NCBI GenBank assembly: GCA_963823035.1
Contig: CAWGKG010000018.1
Span: 256,001-320,000 of the forward strand
DNA length: 64,000 nucleotides
DNA from: an uncultured Gemmatimonadales bacterium
GTDB taxonomy: Bacteria; Gemmatimonadota; Gemmatimonadetes; Longimicrobiales; Gaopeijiaceae
Direction of reading: 5' to 3'
Position numbers and translations under genes: made by a program. The notes below the pieces were generated by a model. The model was not told where the DNA came from. It saw nothing but the letters and a program-made list of their open reading frames with translations, and made no database searches. Positions 20,063-31,678 of this stretch are shown one piece after another (position 1 is the stretch's first letter; every line of letters begins with the position of its first letter).

Positions 20063-20310
20063 GGCGAACGCTCGGCCACCGCCCGGGGCGTCCGAATGGG
20101 CGCATGGGACCGCCCCACGGCCCCCGCCGGGCCGGGCTTCCCACCCGCGTCGCAGAGCCCCGAACGGGTGGTACCTCCGCCCCTCACCCACGTAGGGAAA
20201 TTCCCGCTTGTGTCCTCCCGCGCTCGCGGGTACCCTACGTTGCCGGTCGGAGAGCGGGTCCGGCCGGCTTCGTATTTTCCCGAGAATGAACCGACAAGTG
20301 GAGCGCGTCC

Positions 20311-21444
20311 ATGAAGGTCGCCGTCCTGAAGGAAACACGCCCCGGCGAGCATCGGGTGGCCCTGGTCCCGCAGGGCGCCCAGCAGCTCGTCAAGGCGGGT
20401 CTCGAGGTCGTGGTCGAGAGCGGTGCGGGGGCAGCCTCCAGCGCGTCCGACGAGGACTATCGGGCCGCCGGCGCCAGCATCGCCGCAACGGCGGCGGAGG
20501 CGCTCTCCGGCGCCGGCATGTGCCTGCACATCAATCCCCCGACCGCCGCGGAGGTGGCAGGGATGGGCGAGGGCACGATCCTCGTCTCGTTCCTGAGCCC
20601 GCTCACGGACCTCGACCTGGTCCGCAAGCTCGAGGCGCGGAAGGTCACCGGCATCTCGATGGAGATGGTGCCGCGCATCACCCGGGCGCAGTCGATGGAC
20701 GCGCTCTCCTCCCAGGCCACGGTGGCCGGCTACAAGGCCGTGCTCATGGCGGCCGATCAACTTCCGAAGTTCCTTCCGATGTTCACGACGGCCGCCGGCA
20801 CGATCCGCCCGGCCAAGGCGCTCATTCTGGGCGCCGGCGTGGCGGGGCTGCAGGCCATCGCCACCGCCCGACGGCTCGGCGCGGTCGTGGAGGCGTTCGA
20901 CGTGCGCCCCGCGGTGAAGGAGCAGGTGCAGAGCCTGGGCGCCAAGTTCCTCGAGACCGAGTCGGACGTGACGGCCGAGGGCGAAGGCGGCTACGCGAAG
21001 GAGCTTTCCGAGGAGCAGCACAAGAAGGAGCTCGAGCTCCTCGCGGTGCACATCGCCGATGCGGACATCGTGATCACCACCGCGCAGATCCCGGGCCGCA
21101 AGGCGCCGGTGCTCATCACGGCGGACATGGTGAAGTCCATGAAGGTGGGCTCGGTGATCGTGGATCTCGCCGCCGAGACCGGCGGCAACTGCGAGCTCAC
21201 CAAGGCGGACGAGACCACCGTCACCCACGGCGTCACGATCCTGGCCCCCCTGAACATCTCCGCCAGCCTCCCGGTCCACGCCAGCCAGATGTACTCCAAG
21301 AACATCGTCACGCTGGTGAGCGAGTTCGTGGACAAGGAGGGCAACGTGGGTCTCGACTTCGAGAACGACGTGGTGGGGCCCTCCACGGTCACGCACGGCG
21401 GCGCGGTCGTGAACGACCGGGTCAAACAGGCCCTGGGCGCGTGA
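20311..21444 (+). CDS. pntA: NAD(P) transhydrogenase subunit alpha, part 1
   Basis: EHRVALVP, RITRAQSMDALSSQ, GAGVAGLQAIATARRLGA, DLAAETGGNC. Confidence 0.95.
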   Translation: MKVAVLKETRPGEHRVALVPQGAQQLVKAGLEVVVESGAGAASSASDEDYRAAGASIAATAAEALSGAGMCLHINPPTAAEVAGMGEGTILVSFLSPLTDLDLVRKLEARKVTGISMEMVPRITRAQSMDALSSQATVAGYKAVLMAADQLPKFLPMFTTAAGTIRPAKALILGAGVAGLQAIATARRLGAVVEAFDVRPAVKEQVQSLGAKFLETESDVTAEGEGGYAKELSEEQHKKELELLAVHIADADIVITTAQIPGRKAPVLITADMVKSMKVGSVIVDLAAETGGNCELTKADETTVTHGVTILAPLNISASLPVHASQMYSKNIVTLVSEFVDKEGNVGLDFENDVVGPSTVTHGGAVVNDRVKQALGA

Positions 21445-21502
21445 GCGCTCCCCTGCCCTGCGAAGAATCCAGAACGCGAACGCCCTACTCCGAGGAGAAC
21501 CC

Positions 21503-21781
21503 ATGGGCGAGTTGATGATCGGACTCTATGTGTTCACCCTGGCGACCCTCACGGGCCGCGAGGTGATCACCAAGGTCCCCCCCACCCTCCACACGCCCCT
21601 GATGTCGGGCGCCAACGCGATCTCGGGCATCTCGATCGTGGGCGCGCTCGTCGTGGCGGGGCGTGCCGAGGGCACCTTGCAGATCGTGCTCGGCGTCGCG
21701 GCCATCGCGATGGCCACGATCAATGTGATCGGCGGCTTCATGGTCACCGATCGCATGCTCGCGATGTTCAGGAAGCGATAG
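21503..21781 (+). CDS. pntA: NAD(P) transhydrogenase subunit alpha, part 2 (membrane)
   Basis: KVPPTLHTPLMSGANAISGI, INVIGGFMVTDRMLAMF. Confidence 0.95.
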   Translation: MGELMIGLYVFTLATLTGREVITKVPPTLHTPLMSGANAISGISIVGALVVAGRAEGTLQIVLGVAAIAMATINVIGGFMVTDRMLAMFRKR

Positions 21782-21791
21782 GAGACTCGAC

Positions 21792-23181
21792 ATGAACCAG
21801 GAAACCTTGGTCGAGCTGACCTATCTCATCTCTGCGATCCTCTTCGTCGTCGGGCTCAAGCGGCTCCAGTCGCCGGCGACGGCCCGGCGGGGCAACGCCA
21901 TCGCCGCCGTCGCCATGGCTGCTCGCCATCGTGGCGACGATGGTCGACAACGAGATCCTGTCGTGGACGGAGATCCTGATCGGCGTCGCGATCGGCGGCA
22001 TCGCGGGCGGGCTCTCGGCGCGGATGGTCAAGATGACCGCCATGCCGGAGATGGTCGGTCTCTTCAACGGCTTCGGCGGCGGCGCCTCCGCGCTGGTCGC
22101 GATCGCGGAGTACCTGAACTCCGGCGCCAGCACGGGCACCGGGACGTACGGCGTGAGCATCATGCTCGGCACGTTCATCGGCGGCGTGACGTTCTCCGGA
22201 TCGATGATCGCCTTCCTGAAGCTCAAGGAGTGGATGACCGGCAACCCGATCACCTACCCGGGCCAGAAGACGCTGAACGCCCTGATGTTCCTCGGCGTGA
22301 TCGTCTTGAGCGTGATGGCGATGGGGGTGGGCGGCGCCGAGCCCGTCACGATGTTCTGGATCATGCTGGCGCTGTCGCTCGTCCTGGGCGTCACGCTGAC
22401 GATCCCGATCGGCGGCGCCGACATGCCGGTCGTCATCTCCCTGCTGAACTCGTACTCGGGTCTGGCGGCGGCCGCGGCGGGCTTCGTGATCATGAACATG
22501 GTGCTGATCGTCTCGGGCGCCCTGGTCGGCGCGTCGGGGCTGATCCTCACGATGATCATGTGCAAGGGGATGAACCGCTCGCTCACGAACGTCATGTTCG
22601 GGGCCTTCGGAGGCACGGCCAACATCGACAAGAGCCAGATCGGCAAGCGGCCGGTGAAGCGCGCGGACGCCGAGTCCGTGGCGATGGAGCTCGGCTACGC
22701 CCATTCGGTCGTCATCGTGCCGGGCTACGGCCTCGCGGTCGCCCAGGCGCAGCACGAGCTGCGCAAGGTCGGTGATCTGCTCGAAGCACGCGGCGTGGAC
22801 GTGAAGTACGCGGTGCACCCGGTGGCCGGACGCATGCCGGGTCACATGAACGTCCTGCTCGCCGAGGCCGACGTCCCCTACGACCGGCTCTTCGACCTCG
22901 ACGAGATCAACGACGACTTCGAGAACACGGACGCGGTGCTCATCGTGGGCGCCAACGACGTCTGCAACCCGGCGGCGCGCAACCCCGACTCCGTCATCGC
23001 GGGGATGCCGATCCTGGACGTGGACAAGGCGCGTCGGACGATCGTCATGAAGCGTTCGCTGTCACCGGGCTTCGCCGGCATCGACAACGACCTCTTCTAC
23101 AACGACAACAACCTGATGTTCTTCGGGGACGCCAAGCAGTCCATGGCCGACCTGGTGAAGGCGGTCCGCGAACTGGCGTAA
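21792..23181 (+). CDS. pntB: NAD(P) transhydrogenase subunit beta; frameshift near 21920
   Basis: LQSPATARRGN, MTAMPEMV, GGADMPVVISLLNSYSG, HPVAGRMPGHMNVLLAEA. Confidence 0.93.
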
Positions 23182-23260
23182 ACGCCGCGCAGCGGGTCCT
23201 TTGAAGGCCGGCGTGGGCGTGCGTCCACGCCGGCCTTCGCCTTGTCGCGCAGGAGGGGTC

Positions 23261-23712
23261 GTGGACCCTGCGGATTGGAAGTCCGGCCTGAGGACCATGA
23301 CCGTCGTCTGGCTGGCGCTCATGATGGGTGTGGCGGTCTACGCCGGAGTGACGTACGTCCTGGTGCAGATCCTGGGCGTGCGCGTCCAGGGGGCGGAGGC
23401 CCGGCGGTCTCCGGGATGCTCACCTGGGCGGCATCGGCGGCCGCGCTCGTGCTGGGCGCGGGCATGGTCGTGTCACGGCGCGCGGAGGAGGTCGGGGATC
23501 GGTCGATGCCCCCGGATCGGCAGGTCGCGCGCTACTTCACCATGAAGCTGGTCGGCCTGGCCATCCAGGAGGGTGCCGGCTTCCTCGTGATCACGCTCAG
23601 CCTCATCGCCGGCGACGGGCTGTGGGCGGTGGTGGCCGCCGTCGCGACCCTCGGCGTCATGTCGCTCTCGGGGCCCCGGGAGGAGCACCTCGAACGCTTC
23701 CGGAAGCCCTGA
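23261..23712 (+). CDS. Hypothetical multi-pass membrane protein; frameshift near 23400
   Basis: AGGAGG RBS before GTG; about four hydrophobic segments across two frames. Confidence 0.55.
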
Positions 23713-23732
23713 GGCGCGCTGCGGGATCTTCG

Positions 23733-25150
23733 TCAGAGGCCCGCGGCCGGCCTCGCGCAGGCGCGCCCAGGCGCGCTCGACGTGTGCGCGCTCGGTCTTG
23801 AGGTTGCCGATCGCGAAGCGGATGACCAGCCGCCCGTTCAGCCGGGTCGGCCCGACGAACGCCTCCCCGGAGGCGTTCACCCGGTCGATGATCGCTTCGT
23901 TCAGGCGATCCACCTCTTCCCCGTCGACGCCCTCGGGCGCCCAGCGGAAGACCACCAGGGCGAGCGGTACCGGAGCCACCCGCTCCCACCCTTCGGCGGC
24001 GTCGATCCAGCGCGGCCAGCTCCCGCGCCAGCTCCACGTGCCCGCGGATGCGCGCCACGATGCCCTCGCGCCCGAAGGCGCGCAGCACGAACCAGAGCTT
24101 GAGGGCGCGGAAGCGCCGGCCGAGCGCCACACCGTAGTCCATGAGGTTGCGGACCTCGCCCTGCTCGGGCATCCGCAGGTAGGCCGGGATCAGCGAGAAG
24201 GCGCGCACCAACAACTCGGGGTGCCGGCAGTAGAGCACCGAGCAGTCCACCGGCGTGAACAGCCACTTGTGGGGGTTGATGACGATCGAGTCGGCCTCCT
24301 CCCACCCCGCGAAGCCCGGCCGCAGCTCCGGCACGATCGCCGCCGGGCCTCCGTAGGCCGCGTCCACGTGGATCCAGGCTCCGTGCTCCCGGGCGATCGG
24401 CACGATCTCCGCGACCGGGTCCAGCGAGGTGGTCGAGGTGGTGCCCAGCGTCGGCACCACCGCCACCGGCACGATGCCGGCGGCCACGTCCTCCTCGAGC
24501 GCCGCGCGCAGCGCGTCGGGCCGCATGCGGAAGGCGTCGTCCGTGGGGATCGGGCGGTAGCCCACCTTCCCGAACCCGAGCGCCAGCACCGACTTCTCGA
24601 CGGAGGAGTGCGTGTGCTCGGACGCGTACACACGACCCGGGCGCCGGCCCCACAGCCCCTCGGTGCGCGAGGTCGGATAGGCCCGCTCGCGCGCCGCGGC
24701 CAGGGCGTACATCGTCGAGGTCGAGGCGGTGTCGTTGATCGTTCCCTCGAACGCCTCGGGGAGCCCCACGAGCTGGCGGAGCCAGTCGAGGGTGACCTCC
24801 TCGAGCTCGGTCGCCGCGGGCGAGCTCCGCCACACCATCGCGTTCACGTTCAGCGCGGCGGCGATCATCTCGCCGAGGATACCCGGCGCCGATCCGGTGA
24901 TCGCGAAGAAGGCGAAGAAGGAAGGGTGGTTCCAGTGCGTGATCCCCGGGAGAACGATCTCGCGGAAGTCCGCGAGCGCGTCGTCGAGGGACTCCGCGCC
25001 ATCGGGGGGCGCGGCCGGCAGGGCGCGGCGAATGTCGCCCGGCACGAGGTGGCTGGGGAGCACCGGGAGGTCGCCCACACCCTCCAGGTAGTCGGCCATC
25101 CAGTCGACGACCTCGTGCGCGAGCCGGCGGAACTCGTCCGGCGGGAGGTC
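23733..25150 (-). CDS. Group II PLP-dependent decarboxylase (aromatic L-amino acid decarboxylase-like); frameshifts, ends approximate
   Basis: DEFRRLAHEVVDWMADY, PGITHWNHP, SPAATELE, HSSVEK, HVDAAYGG, NPHKWLFTPVDCS, LGRRFRALKLW. Confidence 0.88.
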
Positions 25151-25177
25151 TCCGTGGTGTCGTGGGCGCGCTCGTGC

Positions 25178-25858
25178 TCAGCGCTCCGGGGACGCGCCGT
25201 CCCGCTCGACGTCCGGTCCGGGGACCTCGGTGCCGGGGAGGTGGCCGAGGATCTCGCACAGGTCGGCGCGGATCCCGTCGAGCTGACTACGCAGCTCGGT
25301 GAGGAGCTCCCCGGTCGGAGGCGCGTCGGGGATGCCCGAGCCCTCGAACAGCCAGAAGAACATCGCGTCCGTGTGGCCCACGCTCGCGTGCGTCACGCCG
25401 GTGTCGACCGCGCGGTTGAGGCGCAGGACCTCGCGCAGCGACAGGCGCGTGCGCCCGCCGACGGGGGGATCCTGGTAGAGGAGCCGGATCACGGCCTCCC
25501 GCAGGAGCTGCATCTCCTCGATGACCTCTCCCGCCGCCAGCCCGCGGCGCGCCGCGACGGCGCCGAACAGCTCGCTGGCGCGGATCCAGACGGGCTCGAC
25601 CTGGTCGCGATGCGGACCCAGGAGGGCCGGGAGGAAGCCGGCCAGGAGCGTCAGGAACTCCTCGAGGAGGCCGTTCACCCCCTGGGAGGAGTCGTAGCGG
25701 CTCAGGATCTCGCGGTGCCACCGGTGAACCAGGCGCGGCAAGCGTTGCTCCACCCACGCCGCGAACTCGGCGGGGCTCACCTTGCGCGAGGAGCGATCGG
25801 ATCTCGGGAACGAAGGAAAGGGCGGTCTTGAGGGAGGCTCGGCCGCGATATTCCGCAT
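25178..25858 (-). CDS. Hypothetical protein, predicted all-alpha, possibly RsbR N-terminal-like
   Basis: Open frame with helical pattern FGAVAARRGLAAGEVIEEMQLLREAV; family assignment tentative. Confidence 0.6.
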   Translation of the reverse strand: MRNIAAEPPSRPPFPSFPRSDRSSRKVSPAEFAAWVEQRLPRLVHRWHREILSRYDSSQGVNGLLEEFLTLLAGFLPALLGPHRDQVEPVWIRASELFGAVAARRGLAAGEVIEEMQLLREAVIRLLYQDPPVGGRTRLSLREVLRLNRAVDTGVTHASVGHTDAMFFWLFEGSGIPDAPPTGELLTELRSQLDGIRADLCEILGHLPGTEVPGPDVERDGASPER

Positions 25859-25940
25859 GTCCGCCTGGGTTGGATTCGTCGTCTTCCGGGGACCTTCCGA
25901 GCGCCGCCGGGGAAGCCGGAGGCGGAGGTCGGCACCGACC

Positions 25941-28900
25941 TCAAAGATGCCGGATCGACGAAGGTGCGTCGCCACCCCTTTCGCTTCGGGCCGGGCTACG
26001 GCGCGCTCCCATCCACGCCAGCAGCCTCACGGTGACCGTGGTCCCCTCGCCGACCGAGCTCTCGAGGCCCACCTCCCCGCCCCACGACTGCACCAGGCGG
26101 CGCACGATCGGCAGCCCGAGACCGGTCCCGGTGGACCGCGTGCTGAAGTGCGGCTCGAAGACCTTCGCCACGAGGGGATCGGGGATGCCCGCGCCGTCGT
26201 CCGTCACACGCAGGAGGAGCCCCTCGTCGCCGTCGCGCAGCACCTCGACGCGCACCGACCCGCCCGCCGCGCAAGCCACGCGCGCGTTCTCGAGGAGGTT
26301 CACGAGGACCTCCTTCAGCTCGGGCACCCGCGCCTGCACGGCGGGGAGCCCGGCCTCGATCTCGCGACGGAAGCGGACCGCGCCCTCCGACGTCTCGTAC
26401 AGCGTCAGCACCTCGTCGACGACCGACGCGAGATCGACGGCCGCCAGGGGCACCGCGTCGTATTCGGCGGGCGCGCCGAAGCGCGAGAAGGTCTTGGCGA
26501 TGGCGGCGAGCCGGTCGATCTCCTTGAGCATCGCGTCCGCGTTGCGCCCGAGGATGTCGCCGAAGTCGGGGCGGCGGTCGTCCCACGCCCGCCGGATGTG
26601 CTGAACGCTGAGCTTGATCGGCGTCAGGGGGTTCTTCACCTCGTGCGCGACCTGCCGGGCCATCTCGCCCCACGCGAGCACGCGCTCCGTGCGCAGCTCG
26701 TCGGTCACGTCCTCGAGCGCCACCACCGTGCCACCGCGGGCGGCGGCCGTGCCCAGCCGACGCGCCCGGACCCGCACCCTGCGCGAGCCCGAATGCAGCT
26801 CGGCGTTCGCCTCCTCCTCCTCTCCCTCCACGAAATCCCGTAGCCAGGAAGCCAGCGCCTCGCCCAGCATGCCGATGGGCGGAAGCGGCGCGCCCACCTT
26901 CACGTCCACCTCGAGCAGCCCGATGGCGCGCGGGTTCACCAAGGTGACGCGGCCGGACGCGTCGAGCGCCATCATGCCGACCGCCGCCTCCTCCATGATC
27001 GCCTCCGTCCGGCGCGTCGTGCGCACCAGCTGGCGGCGGGCGCGCCTCAGGCGCGCCACCATCCGGTTGAACGCCCGGAACACGGCGCCGAACTCGTCGG
27101 CGCGGTCCGACGGGAGACGGAGGCCGAGGTTGCCGCCGCCCACGCGCTCGGAGGCCACCTGGAGCGCGTGGATGGGTTGGGTCAGCGCCCGCCCCACCAG
27201 GAGCGCGAGGCCGAGCGAGAGCGCCGCCCCGACCACCACCACGAAGGCGAGCAGCTCCACGACGTCCGCCGAGCGGATGGCGGACGCCCCGGCCTGCAGC
27301 GGGACCTGGGCCGCCAGCACGTCATCGTCCGGGAGGCGACGATACGACGTCACGTACTGCCAACCGCCGAGGCGTGTCTCGGTGGATTCGCGCACGTCCT
27401 CCCGGCCGCCCAGGCGGCGGAATACGGGCATGGGCACCCATCCCTCGTAGAGGCCGAGCTCCACCAGCTCCTCGACCGAGCCTTCCCGCAGCTCGCCACC
27501 CCGGTATTCGAGCAGCTCCACGCCCACGCGCCGGGAGAGCGCCTGCATCCGCCCGCCCATCTCGATGTACCACCCCGCCGCGTCCTCGGCCACGCGGTCG
27601 GCCAACACCTGCGCGGCGCGGTGCGACGCGTCCGCGATGCTCCGGTAGGCCAGCGTGCCGAAGATCGCGTTGGCCAGCACGAAGAAGCCGAAGAGCGCGA
27701 GGGTGACGCGCGCCCTGAAGGAGATCATGAGCCGCCCCCAGCTCAGGTCCTTCGGGAGCGCGTCCCGCACGAACCCCCGCCCTCCGGCCCGGAAGGCCAG
27801 GAAGATCAGCATGTCCGCCAGGAGGAGCAGCGTGGCGCGTGCGGTGGCCAGCCACGCGCCCGGAAGCGGGACGGCGTAGTGGGCGTCGACCGCACCGTTG
27901 GAGTAGCGGAGTGCTCGCTCCGCCCGCCATCCGTCCTCGGAGCGGACCCAGCGCAGACCCGTCGACTCCGCCGATGTCCCCTTCCTGCACGGTGATGATC
28001 GTGAGGGGAGGAGGCTCCCGCGTGGCCCCGCCGGCCAGGAGGGGGCTGAGCGGCGCCCCGGCCAGGGGGTCCGCGAAGGGAGGCGCGGCCGCCGTGAGGA
28101 TCTCGCCCGACTTGAGCGTCACGCGCAGCACGTAGCGGGCGTCGTCGCGGTCGTAGCGCAGCACCCGGATCCCGGGAGCCGGACCCGGATCCTCCTGGAC
28201 CTCGTAGGCCACCACGGGCCGGACGGCCACACCGACACGGAGCTCCTCCTCGGGGATCCCGGCCGAGGACCACAACGTCAGCCAGGCGGGCTCCCCCAGC
28301 TCGGCCAGCCCGCTCTCCCGCCAGGCGCCGTAGAGGAGATCGACCCCCCGTTCTCCCGACTCCGAGAGGGAGTCGGCCGCCCGTCCCAGGCGGAAGAGCG
28401 CACGCTCGAGGGTGGGGTCCTCGGGCGCGGCGAGCCGGTCGAGATAGGCGCTCGCCCGGGCCAGGCGGGCGTCGACGCGCGCGCCCCACGCCGACGGGAT
28501 GGAGACGCTCAAGGCGATCGAGCCCCGCGAGCACCCAGGAGGCGAGGCTCGGCTGCCACCCGGGCCTCGCCCCCATGGACGCCGCGCCGAGCGCCACCGG
28601 CACGCCCCAGAGCGCTGGCCACCACGGGGGGATCCCCCCGACCACCCGGACGAACGCCACGCTGGCGACGCCGAGCAGCGCACCGATCAGAACTGCGGCG
28701 ACGCCCCACATCGGCCGCTCGGCCCTGGCGGGCGCCAGCACGAGCAGCGTGCCGGTGAGAACGATCAGGAGCACGCCGAGCGTCCCCTGGAAGACGATCC
28801 ACAGCATCTCCCCCTCCGCGAGCGCACCGGCCGCCGCTCCGCGGGAGACCCATCCCACGAGGAGGGGGATCGCGACGGCTGCGACGATGCCGGCCAGCGC

Positions 28901-30022
28901 GGGAGGCAGGCGCCGCCGCGGTCGGGGGAGCACCGCCACCAGCGTGACACCCGCGAGCGCGAGCGCCGCGAGCCGACCCAGCGAAAGGGGCAGCCCGGGA
29001 AGCCGGAATCGGTCCCCGTCGAAGAGGAGCGCGAGGGGTCCGAGCAGATGGAAGGGGAGCGCGCCCGCCAGGACGACCAGCGCGGTCGCGGCCACCGCGC
29101 CGGAGGCCACCCGCGGCAGCCCTCCCGCAGCCAGGAGCAGCCAGGACGCCAAGGCCAGCGCGCCCACGACCAGGCGCCATCGCTCCAGGATCTCCCGCGT
29201 GCGCACGGAGCGCTCGGGCGGCTCCAGCACGACGCTCAGGAGCGTACGGTCCCCGAGCGTCAGGTCCCATCCCCCCTCCTCCACCCCGGCCTCGGGGCGG
29301 ACGATGCGCACGCTCTCGCCGACCTCGTCGCGGAACTGCGCCGCGAAGTCGCCGGCATCCGCGCCCATGGGGCCGGGGAGGTCCGTGCGCAGGAGGATGG
29401 CGGCCATCGCCGTACCCTGGTCCATCGCGGGCGCCGTGACGTACAGGTAGCCGAACAGGGAGAGGTCTCCGTACCAGTAGCGGCGGAGCCCGCGCTGGAC
29501 CTCCTCCGGCACCCGACCGCGGTGGCTTCCGTCCCAGACGCGCAGGTCCCCCGACGGCCCGAAGAGCGCCAGGGCGGTCACGCCGTAGCGTCGGCGCAGC
29601 CGGCGCACGGTCTCCACCAGTCCGTCGGGATCGTCGAAGGCCGCCTGGCCGAGCTCGTCGGCAGCGGCCTCCGCGGCCTGGAGGCGGCCCTCCAACTCGC
29701 GGCCGAGCCGCTCTCCCACCACCGTCTCCCGCTGGTGCCAATACGCCTCCCACTGGCCGGAGACCCTCCCCACCTGGCGGTGGCCGAGGAACCCCGCGAG
29801 GATGCCACCCACGAGCACGATGGCGCCGAGCGCACCGGCGAGCGTTCGCTTCCGTCCCCAGAACACCCCGGCGAGGAAGCCGGCGGAGGCGACCACCAGG
29901 GTCGCCCCACCCGGCGACGCCGCCCAGATTCCCAGGGCCGCCACGCCGAGCCACGGCCCCAGCCAGCCGGCAGCGTCTGCCGCCTGGCTCCACGAACGGG
30001 AGGATCCTGCGTGTGAGGTCAT
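25941..30022 (-). CDS. Very large multi-TM sensor histidine kinase (HAMP-PAS-HisKA-HATPase, NtrY-like core); several frameshifts
   Basis: AWGEMARQVAHEVKNPLTPI, NLLENA, DDGAGI, FEPHFSTRSTGTGLGL; the N-terminal membrane region spans ORFs 27806..30022 and 27322..28683; true stop may be at 25996. Confidence 0.85.
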
Positions 30023-30744
30023 ACGCCCTGGATGAGCTCAGCTGGCCCGAGGTCGGTCGAATCCTGGCGCGCGAGCCCCGCCTCCTGGTTCCGGTCGGGG
30101 CCCTCGAGCAGCACGGCCCGCACCTCCCCCTCGGTGCCAACACCCGCATCGCGACGGCGGTGGTCACCGAGCTGTCCGCGACGCTCGAGATCCTGCGCGC
30201 TCCACCGTTCTGCTACGGCGTGACCCTCGACGGAGGTCCCTGGGCGGGGGCGGCGGGCCTGCGCCGCAAGACCTTCCACCGGGCGCTGAACGAGCTCCTG
30301 GCCCGCTGGGAGGACCACGGCGTCTCCGAGTTCCTGGTGGTGACCGCCCATCGCTACGAGCCTCACATGGAGGCCATCCTCCTCTCGCTGACGGCGCGCT
30401 CGGCCACGACGGTGTTCGACCTGTACCAGATCGACGTCTCCGACATCCTGGAGGAGGATCCCGAGCGTGAGCACGGTGGGGAGCTCGAGACCTCGCTGGT
30501 CATGCACCTCGCACCTCACCTGGTGAGACCCGACGAAGCGGTGGACTTCGTTCCCGAGAGGCGTGCGTTGCGAAGATACACGCAGCGGCGGATACCCACA
30601 CCCCCACAGGAGGCGCGGGGACTCGTGGGGCGCGCGAGCCTGGCGACCCCCGAGAAGGGGGCGGCCGTCTTCCGCCGTTGGGTGGACCGCCTGAGCGAGG
30701 TGCTGTGCACCGCCGACCGAACCCGCCCCGCGGACGCGGGGTAG
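30013..30744 (+). CDS. Creatininase family protein
   Basis: LSWPEV, PVGALEQHGPHLPLG, HGGELETS, ATPEKG. Confidence 0.85.
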   Translation: MRSYALDELSWPEVGRILAREPRLLVPVGALEQHGPHLPLGANTRIATAVVTELSATLEILRAPPFCYGVTLDGGPWAGAAGLRRKTFHRALNELLARWEDHGVSEFLVVTAHRYEPHMEAILLSLTARSATTVFDLYQIDVSDILEEDPEREHGGELETSLVMHLAPHLVRPDEAVDFVPERRALRRYTQRRIPTPPQEARGLVGRASLATPEKGAAVFRRWVDRLSEVLCTADRTRPADAG

Positions 30745-30798
30745 AAAAGGTCACGTCGGCCGCGGAGGTCGCCCCGTCCACTTCCCCAGGAACGAGAC

Positions 30799-31494
30799 AT
30801 GCCCCGCCGTCACCTCGCCCTCGTCGCCGCCCTCTTCGCGGTGGCCGCCCCTCGCCCCGCCCCGGCCCAGAGCGTTCTGGTGGACGAGGGGACGTTCACC
30901 GTGCGCCTCTCCGGCCGGGACGCCGGCACCGAGGAGTTCGCGATCCGCCGGGCGGGAATGGGCTCCGACGCGACGGTCATCGCGAACGCCGTGGTGCGCA
31001 TGACGAAGGACGGCGCGCAGCTCGAGTTGCGCCCGCTCCTCGAGACCGTCCTCCCCGACGGTGCCGCCACGAGCTACCAGCTCAAGGTCTCCGGCTCGGA
31101 CACGGCCGAGCTGAGCCTCGTGCTCGCCGGCCGCCGGTACGTATCGCGCATCCGCACCGAGGAGGGTGAGGAGGAGCGCGAGTTCCTCGCCCGACCCGAG
31201 ACCCGCATCCTCGAGGAGGGCGTGGCGCACCAGTACTACTTCCTGCGCAACGTGCACGAGGGCGCCCGGGTCCCGGTGATCGAGCCTCGGACCCGCCGGC
31301 AGCTCCAGCTCGTGGCGTCCGCCTCGACGGACGTGGAGCTCCGGATCGGGGCTACCAGCGTCCAGGCCCACCGCGTGACCTTCAGCGGTGGAGACGCGGA
31401 TCGTGTCGTTTGGTACGATCGCCAGGGACGCGTTCTCCGACTGGAGATCCCGGCCCGCGGCTACGTCGCGGAGCGCCAGGACCTGGTCGGGTAG
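30799..31494 (+). CDS. Hypothetical secreted beta-rich protein
   Basis: Signal peptide ending APAQ; C-terminal VWYDRQGRVLRLEIP. Confidence 0.7.
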   Translation: MPRRHLALVAALFAVAAPRPAPAQSVLVDEGTFTVRLSGRDAGTEEFAIRRAGMGSDATVIANAVVRMTKDGAQLELRPLLETVLPDGAATSYQLKVSGSDTAELSLVLAGRRYVSRIRTEEGEEEREFLARPETRILEEGVAHQYYFLRNVHEGARVPVIEPRTRRQLQLVASASTDVELRIGATSVQAHRVTFSGGDADRVVWYDRQGRVLRLEIPARGYVAERQDLVG

Positions 31495-31678
31495 ACCTCC
31501 CGTCTCCCCGAACCATCTTGGTGGTCGGCGAGTGGCGGTTAGGTTTGGTGCGGCGTTGCCCCTTTGAAGGGGGGCGCGCCGCGGTGCGTACTGCCTGACG
31601 AGTCTCCGAAACCCCAGCGCCCCGCGAGGCGTACGGGCGGACGACCAGGCCACTCGAAATTCGGAAGCCAGGGAGGTC

